64,000 nucleotides of DNA from Planctomycetota bacterium (GTDB lineage Bacteria > Planctomycetota > PLA2 > JAEUHO01), in the NCBI GenBank assembly GCA_965222115.1, contig CBDCTJ010000007.1, forward strand, positions 928,001-992,000. Reading direction: 5' to 3'. A model generated the notes under the pieces. The model saw only the letters and a program-made list of their open reading frames with translations. It was not told the DNA's origin and made no database searches. Position 1 is the stretch's first letter. Each line of letters opens with the position of its first letter. Of the stretch, positions 27,275-36,165 are shown piece by piece. The position numbers were made by a program, and so were the translations under genes.

Positions 27275-28657
27275 CTACGTCAATGCGCGTGCGCGTGCTG
27301 CGACGGACTCGAGGAAGGGGAGCGGGCGGCCAGCGAGGCATTTGAGGATGGTGCCGCCGGCGGTGAATGCGTGCGTGACGTCGCCCGGGGCGCCATAACG
27401 CTCGAGTGCAGCACGCCCTTCACCGCCACCTACGTACACGGCGATTCCGGCTTGGCAAAGAGACTTGAGCGTGCCCACAATCGCTTCGGTACCGCCCGCA
27501 AACGTACGATCCTCGAACTTGCCCATCACACCATTGTGAAACGCGACGCGGCGCTTCGTTTTGCTGGCCCAGTCATGAGCTGCTTCGTCGTAGAGCTTGC
27601 GCGTTTCGGGGCCAATGTCACACTGCCACGCATCGGGTGGGATGTCGGCTGATTCCGTGCCGTCGTCGAGCACGAAATCAACCGGTGTAAGCACACGCAC
27701 GCCGTTCTTCGAGGCGTCTTCCAAGAGTTGATGCGCGTTGTGAATCGCGGACGGCGGCACGTAGGCCTTGTGCTCACGATGTTCGGGATCACCGGCAGCG
27801 CCAATCGATATGGGTTCGTTTGCCCGTTCCCCTTGTGCTTTGCGAAGCGCCATCGCCAAGCTGCCGCCCGTAAGAATGAGCTCCGCATCGCCACGAGAAA
27901 CGATGGCGCGCAGTTGACGCAATTTGTCAAGCTTCATGCCAGAGAAGATCACCAGCCCAGCGTCGCGCGCGCGCAAAACGTGATCGGTGAGTTCACGACG
28001 CGTAAATGCGCCCAACGCGACGCGTCCCATAACAAGGGGCAGTGCGGTGCAGGAGAAATCCTTGTTGCCGGCCGCAATCGCGTCGTGCACAAGCACGTTT
28101 GCGCCTTGGCGCATCGCCGTAGCCACTCGCATGAGTTGATCGGCGGCGCCCGGGAACTCGTCTTTGGTGCAATGCCACAAGCGACGTTCGAATCCGTAGC
28201 GGCGTAAGTTCTCCATCATTAGCCACTGGCCGGGTTCGAGGCTATCCACCGCTTTGGTGGCAACACCCGTAAGGGACTGTGCGTGTTCGTCAAACCAGTC
28301 CTTCACAAACGGCCCGGCGCCGGCTTCCATTTCGCGCAGTCGCATAAACACGTACTCAAGCGTTTGCTCCGGCTTGCGACCGCGATGGCCAATCAACAAC
28401 ATGCGCCACCCGCGACTGCGACCGTAGGCGAGTGTTTCACTCAAGCTCTTGAGGCGTGGATCATCGCCAATCACGCCGTCCCTATCCGCCACATCGAGGT
28501 CGGCGCGGATCCACACGGGCGTGCCTGCGGGCAACTCACTGAGCGATTCCAGGGTGGGGGCCTCGGCTAGGCGGGCCTGCATCGACGTGGGTTCTTCGGA
28601 AAACCCAACGGTGCGTGCAAGGGCTTCGGCAAAAGTCTCGAGCTGTTCTTCCGACAT
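27275..28657 (-). CDS. pgk: Phosphoglycerate kinase family protein, divergent
   Basis: PGK landmarks in order: RADLDV, DDPRL, GHRGR, MENLR, LTGGSLA, PVDFV, DIGPET, NGVMGKFE, GGGEG. Many motifs are non-canonical. Confidence 0.8.
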   Translation of the reverse strand: MSEEQLETFAEALARTVGFSEEPTSMQARLAEAPTLESLSELPAGTPVWIRADLDVADRDGVIGDDPRLKSLSETLAYGRSRGWRMLLIGHRGRKPEQTLEYVFMRLREMEAGAGPFVKDWFDEHAQSLTGVATKAVDSLEPGQWLMMENLRRYGFERRLWHCTKDEFPGAADQLMRVATAMRQGANVLVHDAIAAGNKDFSCTALPLVMGRVALGAFTRRELTDHVLRARDAGLVIFSGMKLDKLRQLRAIVSRGDAELILTGGSLAMALRKAQGERANEPISIGAAGDPEHREHKAYVPPSAIHNAHQLLEDASKNGVRVLTPVDFVLDDGTESADIPPDAWQCDIGPETRKLYDEAAHDWASKTKRRVAFHNGVMGKFEDRTFAGGTEAIVGTLKSLCQAGIAVYVGGGEGRAALERYGAPGDVTHAFTAGGTILKCLAGRPLPFLESVAARARALT

Positions 28658-28764
28658 CGGTGGGCTCCTCAACCATCCGAGGATACGGCAGAGCCGCGCC
28701 ATCGGTGGAAATCCTGCGACGGTGGCCCGCAGGCTTTGGCCGAGACGCCGCTACACTTGGGCCA

Positions 28765-29649
28765 ATGGGTAAACGCAAGCGATCCTCAAGTGCCGCGGCC
28801 GCGCCAGAGCTTGAGGGGATCATGACCCCTCATGCGGGTGATCCGGAAGAAGTCGTGGTCGAGGTGAAAGACCTCGTCGTGCGCTACGACGAGCAGGTCG
28901 TGCTCAACGGCATCGATATGACCGTCAAGCGCGGCGAAGTCATGGTCATTCTGGGGGGCAGTGGCTCGGGCAAATCCACGCTACTCAAGTGCCTACTCGG
29001 CAGCGTGAAGCCGGTCTCGGGCACCATACGCGTATTGGGCGTGGACATGATCAACGCCAGCGATGCGGCGCGCGACGAAGTGTTTCGCAACCTCGGCATG
29101 GTCTATCAGACCGGTGCGCTCTTCAGTTCCATGACCGTGTGGGAAAACGTGGCGTTGCCGCTTCAGGAACACTCCGATCTCTCGCCCAAGATCATCGATA
29201 TCGCCGTGCGCATGAAACTCGGCCTCGTGCGCCTTTCGGGCTTTGAAGATCGCTACCCCAGCCAGCTCTCGGGCGGGCAGGTGAAACGCGTGGCCTTTGC
29301 ACGCGCGATCTCAATGGATCCGCAGCTCCTATTTTGCGACGAGCCGTCGGCGGGTCTCGACCCACGCATTGGGCGCGGCATTGATGACCTCATTCGTAAC
29401 CTCAATCGCGCCTTCAACATGGGCATTGTTGTGGTTACGCACGAAATGGAGTCGGTAAAAGTCATTGCCGATCGCATCACGATGCTGGGACCGCGTCCGG
29501 GCGGCGCGCAGGTTGTATTCTCGGGCACCTACGACGAGTTGATCGAACACGAAGATCCCGTGGTGCGCGATTTTGTACGCCGCCGACCACTTCACGAGCC
29601 GCGATTGGAAGCCATGGAGGTGTTGCGGCAGTTGGTGGGGGAAGACTAA
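28765..29649 (+). CDS. ABC ATP-binding protein, MlaF/Mkl family
   Basis: GGSGSGKST, YQTGALFSSMTVWENVALPL, LSGGQVKRVAFARA, CDEPSAGLDP. Confidence 0.9.
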   Translation: MGKRKRSSSAAAAPELEGIMTPHAGDPEEVVVEVKDLVVRYDEQVVLNGIDMTVKRGEVMVILGGSGSGKSTLLKCLLGSVKPVSGTIRVLGVDMINASDAARDEVFRNLGMVYQTGALFSSMTVWENVALPLQEHSDLSPKIIDIAVRMKLGLVRLSGFEDRYPSQLSGGQVKRVAFARAISMDPQLLFCDEPSAGLDPRIGRGIDDLIRNLNRAFNMGIVVVTHEMESVKVIADRITMLGPRPGGAQVVFSGTYDELIEHEDPVVRDFVRRRPLHEPRLEAMEVLRQLVGED

Positions 29650-31475
29650 CGCGCCGACGATTTGGATTCGAGTACCAAAGGGCGAATCTGTTTGGCGATG
29701 ACGCGCGCTGTTGCCTTCGCGATCAATGCGCCTTGATTCCAGATCTGAAAGGTATAGGTCCCCGGTGGCAGGGGTCCGATGCGCGTTCCTGGCTGCAATG
29801 GGTATGCGCGCTCCAATCGCAGGTATGGAACTTCGTTGGGCTCGCAAGGAAAGAGACTTGGAAACACACCTCCGTCTGCCATGGAAATCGAATATTCATT
29901 GCCATGCGTGCTTATCCATGGATGACGACCGGGCACAAAGATCAGTTGACCGCCTTCTACAACGGGCGCATGCACGATGTTAACGCCGTTCTCCGTTGTT
30001 CGGTTCAAGCGAGTCTCATCGATTAGATCAGCGCGAAACACCGCCCACGGCAAGGCGGCGAAGCAACACTGTTGGACATGGATGGGCCCAAAGGGAACGT
30101 CGTGGCTCTCATCAGCTTCAAACTCCTCCACGACCCGATGGCCGGCTCGGTCAATGCCAATCGCTCCAAGTTGGAATTCCCGAATCTCCCGGTCGGTAGG
30201 CGCGGCAAGGCCCGACGGCCAGACGAGGCGCAATGCCATGGGTTGCGCCCGTCGAATCAAATCCGCAATCGACGATCGCAAATCTGCGCGTTGATTGAGC
30301 GATACCGCGAGTTCGATGCGAGACGACGTACCGGCGCGAACCTGAATACGATCCGGACCATCAACGCGCCACGGTCCGTCGGCGACGACGCGCCATGGTC
30401 CCGGCGCCAGTGTTCGATCGGCAGTCCATGCACCCGATTGCGGCGGGACGATGTCGGGACAAGAGTGCTTGCCAATCAAACGGAGTGTGGGCAAGTAAGG
30501 CACAAGTTCCTTGGGAAGGTCACGATAGGTAATGGAAAAGGAAACGCCTCCGGCACGAACGATGGTAACCGACACACGATCGCCCACACGCGCCGTCGTG
30601 GAACTTGGCATTGCCGCATATAGCTCTAGATCTTTGTTCGTTTCGATCGTGGCCGAGCGCGCGCTCGAATCGTAGGACGACGAAGGACCCGTGAGTTGCA
30701 GTTTGACGTCGTATTCGAGTCCCGCCATGAGGGTTGAAATGACGCGTCGACCTGATGTGAGATCACCGTGGTGTCGTTGATGCCGGAGTTGGTCAGGGCC
30801 TGGCCAATCGGAATCGACAGTGTTGGTGAAGTAGCTAAGGTCCGCGCTCACCTTGTCGATCCCGTCGGGGACCTCGCCCGCGAGATCCAATTGGATTGAG
30901 CCAAGCTGAGGCAGTTCGATCGTCACGTCGCGCGACTCGCCCTCTTCAACGTGAATCACCTGTCCCTTACAGACAATAGAGCCCCATGTCGCGCCGACAA
31001 ACCAGGGCCCGGCGACGGGAAGCTCCAGGATCGTGGGTCCGCTTGGACGACGTTTTTTCCATACGGCGTTCCAGACGTACTCGCTCTGCGGCATGCGTAG
31101 CGCTGCAGCGGTTTGCGACACCGCATACACTTGAAGTTGCTTTGCAATCTCCACATGAGGATGGGGGGCCACATGCACTTGCACCCGCGGACGTTTCGTG
31201 GGTTCTGCGTGAGGCGTGCTCGCTTCGTCAGTTACCGAATACGGCGCGTTTCGAACGAGTGGTGCGTTGTGCGCGTCGGTTTTGGGACGCGACGCCGCGT
31301 CTTCCGGGATGCGATCGACGCCTGAAGAAAGGGTGGCTGGTTCGCCCGTCCCTTGTGGCCCGTGATGTGGCTCGGTGTCGGCTGTACGGTTGTCGAAATC
31401 GTGTGCATTCGCCAGCAAGTACCCCATGAGCACGCCGGCGGCAAACACACCCAACCATGAAAGCCACGCTTGCAT
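29646..31475 (-). CDS. Membrane-anchored hypothetical beta-rich protein (probable paralog of 5830-7689)
   Basis: 609-aa ORF with N-terminal TM and linker; C-terminal GPLPPGTYTF. Confidence 0.75.
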   Translation of the reverse strand: MQAWLSWLGVFAAGVLMGYLLANAHDFDNRTADTEPHHGPQGTGEPATLSSGVDRIPEDAASRPKTDAHNAPLVRNAPYSVTDEASTPHAEPTKRPRVQVHVAPHPHVEIAKQLQVYAVSQTAAALRMPQSEYVWNAVWKKRRPSGPTILELPVAGPWFVGATWGSIVCKGQVIHVEEGESRDVTIELPQLGSIQLDLAGEVPDGIDKVSADLSYFTNTVDSDWPGPDQLRHQRHHGDLTSGRRVISTLMAGLEYDVKLQLTGPSSSYDSSARSATIETNKDLELYAAMPSSTTARVGDRVSVTIVRAGGVSFSITYRDLPKELVPYLPTLRLIGKHSCPDIVPPQSGAWTADRTLAPGPWRVVADGPWRVDGPDRIQVRAGTSSRIELAVSLNQRADLRSSIADLIRRAQPMALRLVWPSGLAAPTDREIREFQLGAIGIDRAGHRVVEEFEADESHDVPFGPIHVQQCCFAALPWAVFRADLIDETRLNRTTENGVNIVHAPVVEGGQLIFVPGRHPWISTHGNEYSISMADGGVFPSLFPCEPNEVPYLRLERAYPLQPGTRIGPLPPGTYTFQIWNQGALIAKATARVIAKQIRPLVLESKSSAR

Positions 31476-31531
31476 GCATAGATCCTAGCAGAACGTGAAA
31501 TAGGCGATTGACTGTGTCTTTGTCGTTACGC

Positions 31532-33796
31532 TTAGCGCAGTCGCCGCTTACGGTCAAAGGCGACAATGAGCGAGCGCGTAGCCGGGTGCGAGTGGTTCTT
31601 GTGGGCGAGATAGATCGCGGCTTCGTCATCCGCGACGTCTAGCTCTTGAAGCTGCGTCAAGCTTTCAGCAGCCAGCTTGGTGATGGCCGGATCGTCGCTC
31701 GTGAGTGCGTCCCCGATAACGGCAAGCGCTTCTCTGCGTTTGGGTGTGCAGAGCAAGCCCGTTGCGGCGCAGACGCGTAGCTCGGGATCTGAGTCGTTCA
31801 GTAAGCCGAGCAACACGTGGTGCCCCGCAAGGAGTTGATCCGAGGGCCGATTGCCCACGATGGAGCGAACCAAGGCAAGGCACGTGATTCGTTCGTCTCG
31901 CGGTGTCGTGGGTGCGAGTCGCGCAGCAAGGGCAGGTAGTGCGCGATCTTGTGCCTCGTACAATGTCCAGGTAGCAAGTTGATGACGGGGGTGATCCGGC
32001 GCAAGCCATGTGACGACTTCCTCTAAGTCATCGCCAAGCACTGCACTGAGGGCCATTGCCGCGAGTCTCGCTGTGCCCTTTTCCTCTTTTTGATTAAAGA
32101 AGAAGGTTACAAGATCTTCTGCCGCGGAACGAGCACCTTCGTGCTCTTGAATGATGCCCACCAACACGATTCTGGCCAGCGGATAATCTTCCGTGTGGTG
32201 ATCGCAACTCCAGTCACGATCGAGGCAGTGATCTCGAAGAGTCCTGCAGAGTATTTCGCTGGTTCTCGAATTGCCGCTGCCTGCAAGAAGAGACGCAGCA
32301 ACGGTTCGGACGTGCCAGTGGCTATCATCCAAATACTGAGTGATCAACGTACGCTGCTTCTCGCTGAGTTCGTCTCTCCTAAGGCTGGTGAGCGTCTCAA
32401 GGACGAATAGTCGGACTTCAGGATTTTTGTCTTGTATGAAGTCATCGAGCAGGTTCTTGTCGCGCAGCTTGAGGAGGTCGCGAAAGAACCGTGGCGAAAA
32501 TTCTCTGCGATGAGGTGAGCGCAACATAATGGGCAATACCGAACTGGCGTCGAACGTCCAGTTGGTATCTTCGATTGCATTACCGAGCCTGTAGACGTCG
32601 TTGCAATCTGTATCCTCGTCGTCCAGCCAACGAGTAAGAAACGTAACAAGGTCGGGGGGTGGGTTCGGTCGTCCAATCAGTGCGGTCGCTGCGTTCTTTT
32701 GAATCTCTCTATCTTTATAGCTCAGGAGCGGTGCCAAAATCGAATCTGCGCGCTCGCCAAAGGATGCGAGCGCCAAAGGAATCTTGCGTTTGATCATTAA
32801 GGGGCGTGAATCAAATGCGTGGCAAAGCGCATCGAGAATTTTCTCGTCCTTGCAGCGTAAGCCATAGGCGCCACACCAATGCACGGCATACGCCACAATT
32901 TGGTATTCACCTCGCGTGATGAGCGTCGCAATCGCATCCGTCGGTGTTGGCTCAAACTCCAGCAACGTTCGAATCATCCACTCGCGAGGGTCATTGTTGC
33001 TTTTCTCTGGAGCCAGTGCCTGGGTGAAAGCCAGTGTTGCATTGAGGAGCGGTTGAACAGCGTCTGCACCCATCGAGTGCATCATGGCGCGCCATTCGAT
33101 GAGTTCGTCCAATGTGCTGGTGCATGAATATAGGACGAGCGTTTTCTTAGCGTCCGAGTCGCATGATCGGATGTGCCAGGCAATCATTGCGTCGCAGATC
33201 GGCAGCCATCCTTCTCCGCGACATACATGCGCAATCGCCTTGTAGAGGTTGTGATCCGTGGGGAGTTCGCGCAGCAAGCGTTGAACGCGATTCAAGTGAA
33301 TCGAATCTAAGGTGTCGAGCAACAGCACGAGTTCTAGCGCGCGAATACGGTCCTTTGGATCCGGTTCCTGCAAGTAGTCGAGAACCAGCGACATGTGTTT
33401 GGGTAGTCGTGCTTTGCGCTCCTGAATCAATTCGTAGAGCTGGTCCTTAACTTGCTTGCGCAGCTGCTTACCGTCGAGCGTCGTGCTCAAGTAGTGCGAG
33501 ATGACAACGTCTAGGCCAATCTCGCCGGCGCGTACTCGGCGCTTGAGCTCCACGATGGCATCGATCTGTTTGTCGATGTTCGGACTCAAGAGTCCTTGTC
33601 GTGTCGACAGCAAAAGTGGAGACGAAGAATCGTGGGTCGAAACCGGTGCGCCTCGGAGCCCTGGCTCATTTTTGCTGGCACTAACTTGATCGTGTTCGCG
33701 TGTCGTCCGTTCGTTCTTCGGAGGATGAGCCGCAAGCAGGGCAACGAGAAGCACCACGATGACGGCCAGTGCGATTCCGATTGCCACTTTCTTCAC
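31532..33796 (-). CDS. Membrane-anchored HEAT-repeat protein
   Basis: GTG 33796 then TM. HEAT-like units (DKNPEVRLFVLETL, DSHWHVRTVAASLL, DSDPELRVCAATGL). Confidence 0.8.
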   Translation of the reverse strand: MKKVAIGIALAVIVVLLVALLAAHPPKNERTTREHDQVSASKNEPGLRGAPVSTHDSSSPLLLSTRQGLLSPNIDKQIDAIVELKRRVRAGEIGLDVVISHYLSTTLDGKQLRKQVKDQLYELIQERKARLPKHMSLVLDYLQEPDPKDRIRALELVLLLDTLDSIHLNRVQRLLRELPTDHNLYKAIAHVCRGEGWLPICDAMIAWHIRSCDSDAKKTLVLYSCTSTLDELIEWRAMMHSMGADAVQPLLNATLAFTQALAPEKSNNDPREWMIRTLLEFEPTPTDAIATLITRGEYQIVAYAVHWCGAYGLRCKDEKILDALCHAFDSRPLMIKRKIPLALASFGERADSILAPLLSYKDREIQKNAATALIGRPNPPPDLVTFLTRWLDDEDTDCNDVYRLGNAIEDTNWTFDASSVLPIMLRSPHRREFSPRFFRDLLKLRDKNLLDDFIQDKNPEVRLFVLETLTSLRRDELSEKQRTLITQYLDDSHWHVRTVAASLLAGSGNSRTSEILCRTLRDHCLDRDWSCDHHTEDYPLARIVLVGIIQEHEGARSAAEDLVTFFFNQKEEKGTARLAAMALSAVLGDDLEEVVTWLAPDHPRHQLATWTLYEAQDRALPALAARLAPTTPRDERITCLALVRSIVGNRPSDQLLAGHHVLLGLLNDSDPELRVCAATGLLCTPKRREALAVIGDALTSDDPAITKLAAESLTQLQELDVADDEAAIYLAHKNHSHPATRSLIVAFDRKRRLR

Positions 33797-33878
33797 AGGC
33801 AGATCGTAGCGTGTTCGGCGAGGCGCGACGCGAGTTGCAGGCGACAGCACTGCACGATGAACTGCATTCTCATCCTCT

Positions 33879-35078
33879 GTGAGTGCGCTGGATCGCCCAA
33901 TCTGGCGCGAATCTTCCGTTCAGTGGATCACGGGTGGGAATAAACGTGGCGCAATGCCGATAGGGATGGTCCAAAGGGGGCAGAGTATTGGTCCACGAGG
34001 GCGCCCCCACGGGCTCACGTGCCGGGAGCGCCTCATCAACTCTTCTTCTACGCTTACGTCCGACGAGAGCGTCGGTTCTTCGAAATCCCCTGCGCCTGCT
34101 ACCGGGCGCGAACTCTTGCGCAAAACGCAAGCATTCGCGGTGGAGTCCCGCGCGAGGAGTTGGTGGATCTTGGCGTCCACCATGACGGTTCTCTTTGGCT
34201 TTGGTGCGGGCGCCGCGCTACTCCCTTGGTGGCCCGCACGTCTTGCCGCTTCCATGGGCATGGCGCTAACGCTCGTGCGCTCGTTCATATTGGTTCACGA
34301 CTATCTGCATGGTGCCATGTTTCGGGGTTCCAAGGTGGCCGGTGCCATCCTCAATTTCTGGGCCCTTGTCATGCTCACGCCACCCCGTGTTTGGCGCGAC
34401 ACCCACAACTACCATCATGCTCACACGGCCAAGACCACGGGTCGCCAGCGTGGCACGTTCACGATGCTCACCACCGAACAGTGGCACAAGACCGGCTGGG
34501 TAAAACGTTTTGCGCATGCCTTTGAACGACACCCCCTTACGGTCTTGTTTGGCTATGTAACGGTCTTCTTGCTCAGCTTCTGCTTGATTCCCTTTGTACG
34601 AAATCCCAAGCGATATGCATCGAGCGGGTTGGCGCTTGTCTTGCATGCCGCCTTTGGCGCTGCGATCTACATGGTACTTGGCGTTGGCGCGTTCCTGTTT
34701 GCTTTCCTTATTCCGTTCTCGGTTGCGTCAGCCCTTGGCTCCTTACTCTTTTACGTGCAACACAACTTCGAAGGCATGCAACTACCCGATCACGATGCCT
34801 GGAATCACACCGACGCCTCGCTTCATGCTTCGAGCTACTTGAAACTAAGCCCGCCCATGCAGTGGTTCACTGGCAACATCGGCTTCCACCACGTACACCA
34901 TCTCAATCCCAAGATCCCCTTCTATCGCTTGCCCGCCGCTATGAACGCCATACCGGAACTCGCCGCACCGCATGCCATACGTTTGGATCCACGCACGGTT
35001 GTTCGCGCGTTTCGTCTGAAACTCTGGGATGCCGAACGCGGCGAGATGGTCAGCTACCGGGCCGCGCGGACGAACTAG
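33879..35078 (+). CDS. Membrane fatty acid desaturase (Des-like)
   Basis: Three His boxes HDYLH, HNYHH and HHVHH, plus LFYVQHNFE and WFTGNIG. True start uncertain. Confidence 0.92.
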   Translation: MSALDRPIWRESSVQWITGGNKRGAMPIGMVQRGQSIGPRGRPHGLTCRERLINSSSTLTSDESVGSSKSPAPATGRELLRKTQAFAVESRARSWWILASTMTVLFGFGAGAALLPWWPARLAASMGMALTLVRSFILVHDYLHGAMFRGSKVAGAILNFWALVMLTPPRVWRDTHNYHHAHTAKTTGRQRGTFTMLTTEQWHKTGWVKRFAHAFERHPLTVLFGYVTVFLLSFCLIPFVRNPKRYASSGLALVLHAAFGAAIYMVLGVGAFLFAFLIPFSVASALGSLLFYVQHNFEGMQLPDHDAWNHTDASLHASSYLKLSPPMQWFTGNIGFHHVHHLNPKIPFYRLPAAMNAIPELAAPHAIRLDPRTVVRAFRLKLWDAERGEMVSYRAARTN

Positions 35079-35082
35079 TTCG

Positions 35083-36162
35083 CTATCCCCGCAGCCGCCG
35101 TCTTCGATTTCGAAGAAAGTCCACTAAGACGAAGCCTTCCAGTCGGGTGCTATCGGCGAAATAGGCTCGCCCGCGACACGACTCGGTAAAGCGTTCCACG
35201 AACCTCTTGAGCGTGGGATCGGCCGTGAGCATGAAGGTGGTCACGTGAATGCCGCGGCGTCGGCAGCGCATGCCTTCTTCCAACGTTTTGTTGACGACCC
35301 GCTCATCCAGTCCAAACGCATTCTTGTAAACCTCACCGCCCATGCTGATGGCCGACGGCTTGCCATCGGTCAACATGAAAATCTGGCGATTCACGTGTTT
35401 GCGGCGACGAAGAATGTCTTGCGCGGCAAGCAGCCCCGCGCGCGTGTTGGTGTGGAACGGGCCATTGGAGATGTAGGGCAAGCGTTCAAGCGGCACTTGC
35501 TTGGCTTCGTCGCCGAAGAGCACAACGTCAATCGTGTCACGCGGGTACTTGGTGAGAATGAGCTCGGTGAGCGCCAGTGCCACGCGCTTGGCGGGCGTGA
35601 TGCGGTCTTCACCATAGAGCGTCATCGAGTGGCTAACGTCGATGAGCAGCACCGTGGCACATGAACTCTGTCGCTCGCGTTCGCGTACACACAGATCATC
35701 TTCACGAACGATGCCGTTGCCAGCGGTGCGCCGGGCCCAACGTTTGAGCGTGGCGTGCGGGTCGAGTTGATCCACGCGGTCGCCAAACTGATAGGGACGT
35801 ACCGTCTCAACAAATTCACCTGCGCCACCATCGCGCAGCGTGCGGTGATCCCCGTCGGCTCGGGGGGCCATCTGCGAAAACACATCCGTGAGCGCTTGTC
35901 GGCGTATGGCGCGCTCGCCCTTGGGTGTCATGCGCAGCGACTGCCCTTCACTACGAATCTCTCGCGCCTTCTCAAGCAATGATTGAAACTCTTCGATGCC
36001 GAAATCGGGACGCCATAGGCCGTAACGTTCGCCAAGTTCATCCAGCGTGTCAAGCGAGAGTTCGACGTCACCGTCCATCACAATCAGCAATTGTCGAAAG
36101 ATGCGCAAGAGGTCTTGGATGAGCGCTGCGAGCTTGTCTTGTTTCGCGTAGCGCCAGTGCAC
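35083..36162 (-). CDS. VWA domain protein (Rv0959-like partner of the chelatase-like ATPase)
   Basis: ATVLLIDVSHSMTLYGEDRITPAKRVALAL, HTNTRAGL, FMLTDGKPS. Confidence 0.9.
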   Translation of the reverse strand: MHWRYAKQDKLAALIQDLLRIFRQLLIVMDGDVELSLDTLDELGERYGLWRPDFGIEEFQSLLEKAREIRSEGQSLRMTPKGERAIRRQALTDVFSQMAPRADGDHRTLRDGGAGEFVETVRPYQFGDRVDQLDPHATLKRWARRTAGNGIVREDDLCVRERERQSSCATVLLIDVSHSMTLYGEDRITPAKRVALALTELILTKYPRDTIDVVLFGDEAKQVPLERLPYISNGPFHTNTRAGLLAAQDILRRRKHVNRQIFMLTDGKPSAISMGGEVYKNAFGLDERVVNKTLEEGMRCRRRGIHVTTFMLTADPTLKRFVERFTESCRGRAYFADSTRLEGFVLVDFLRNRRRRLRG

Positions 36163-36165
36163 GGG

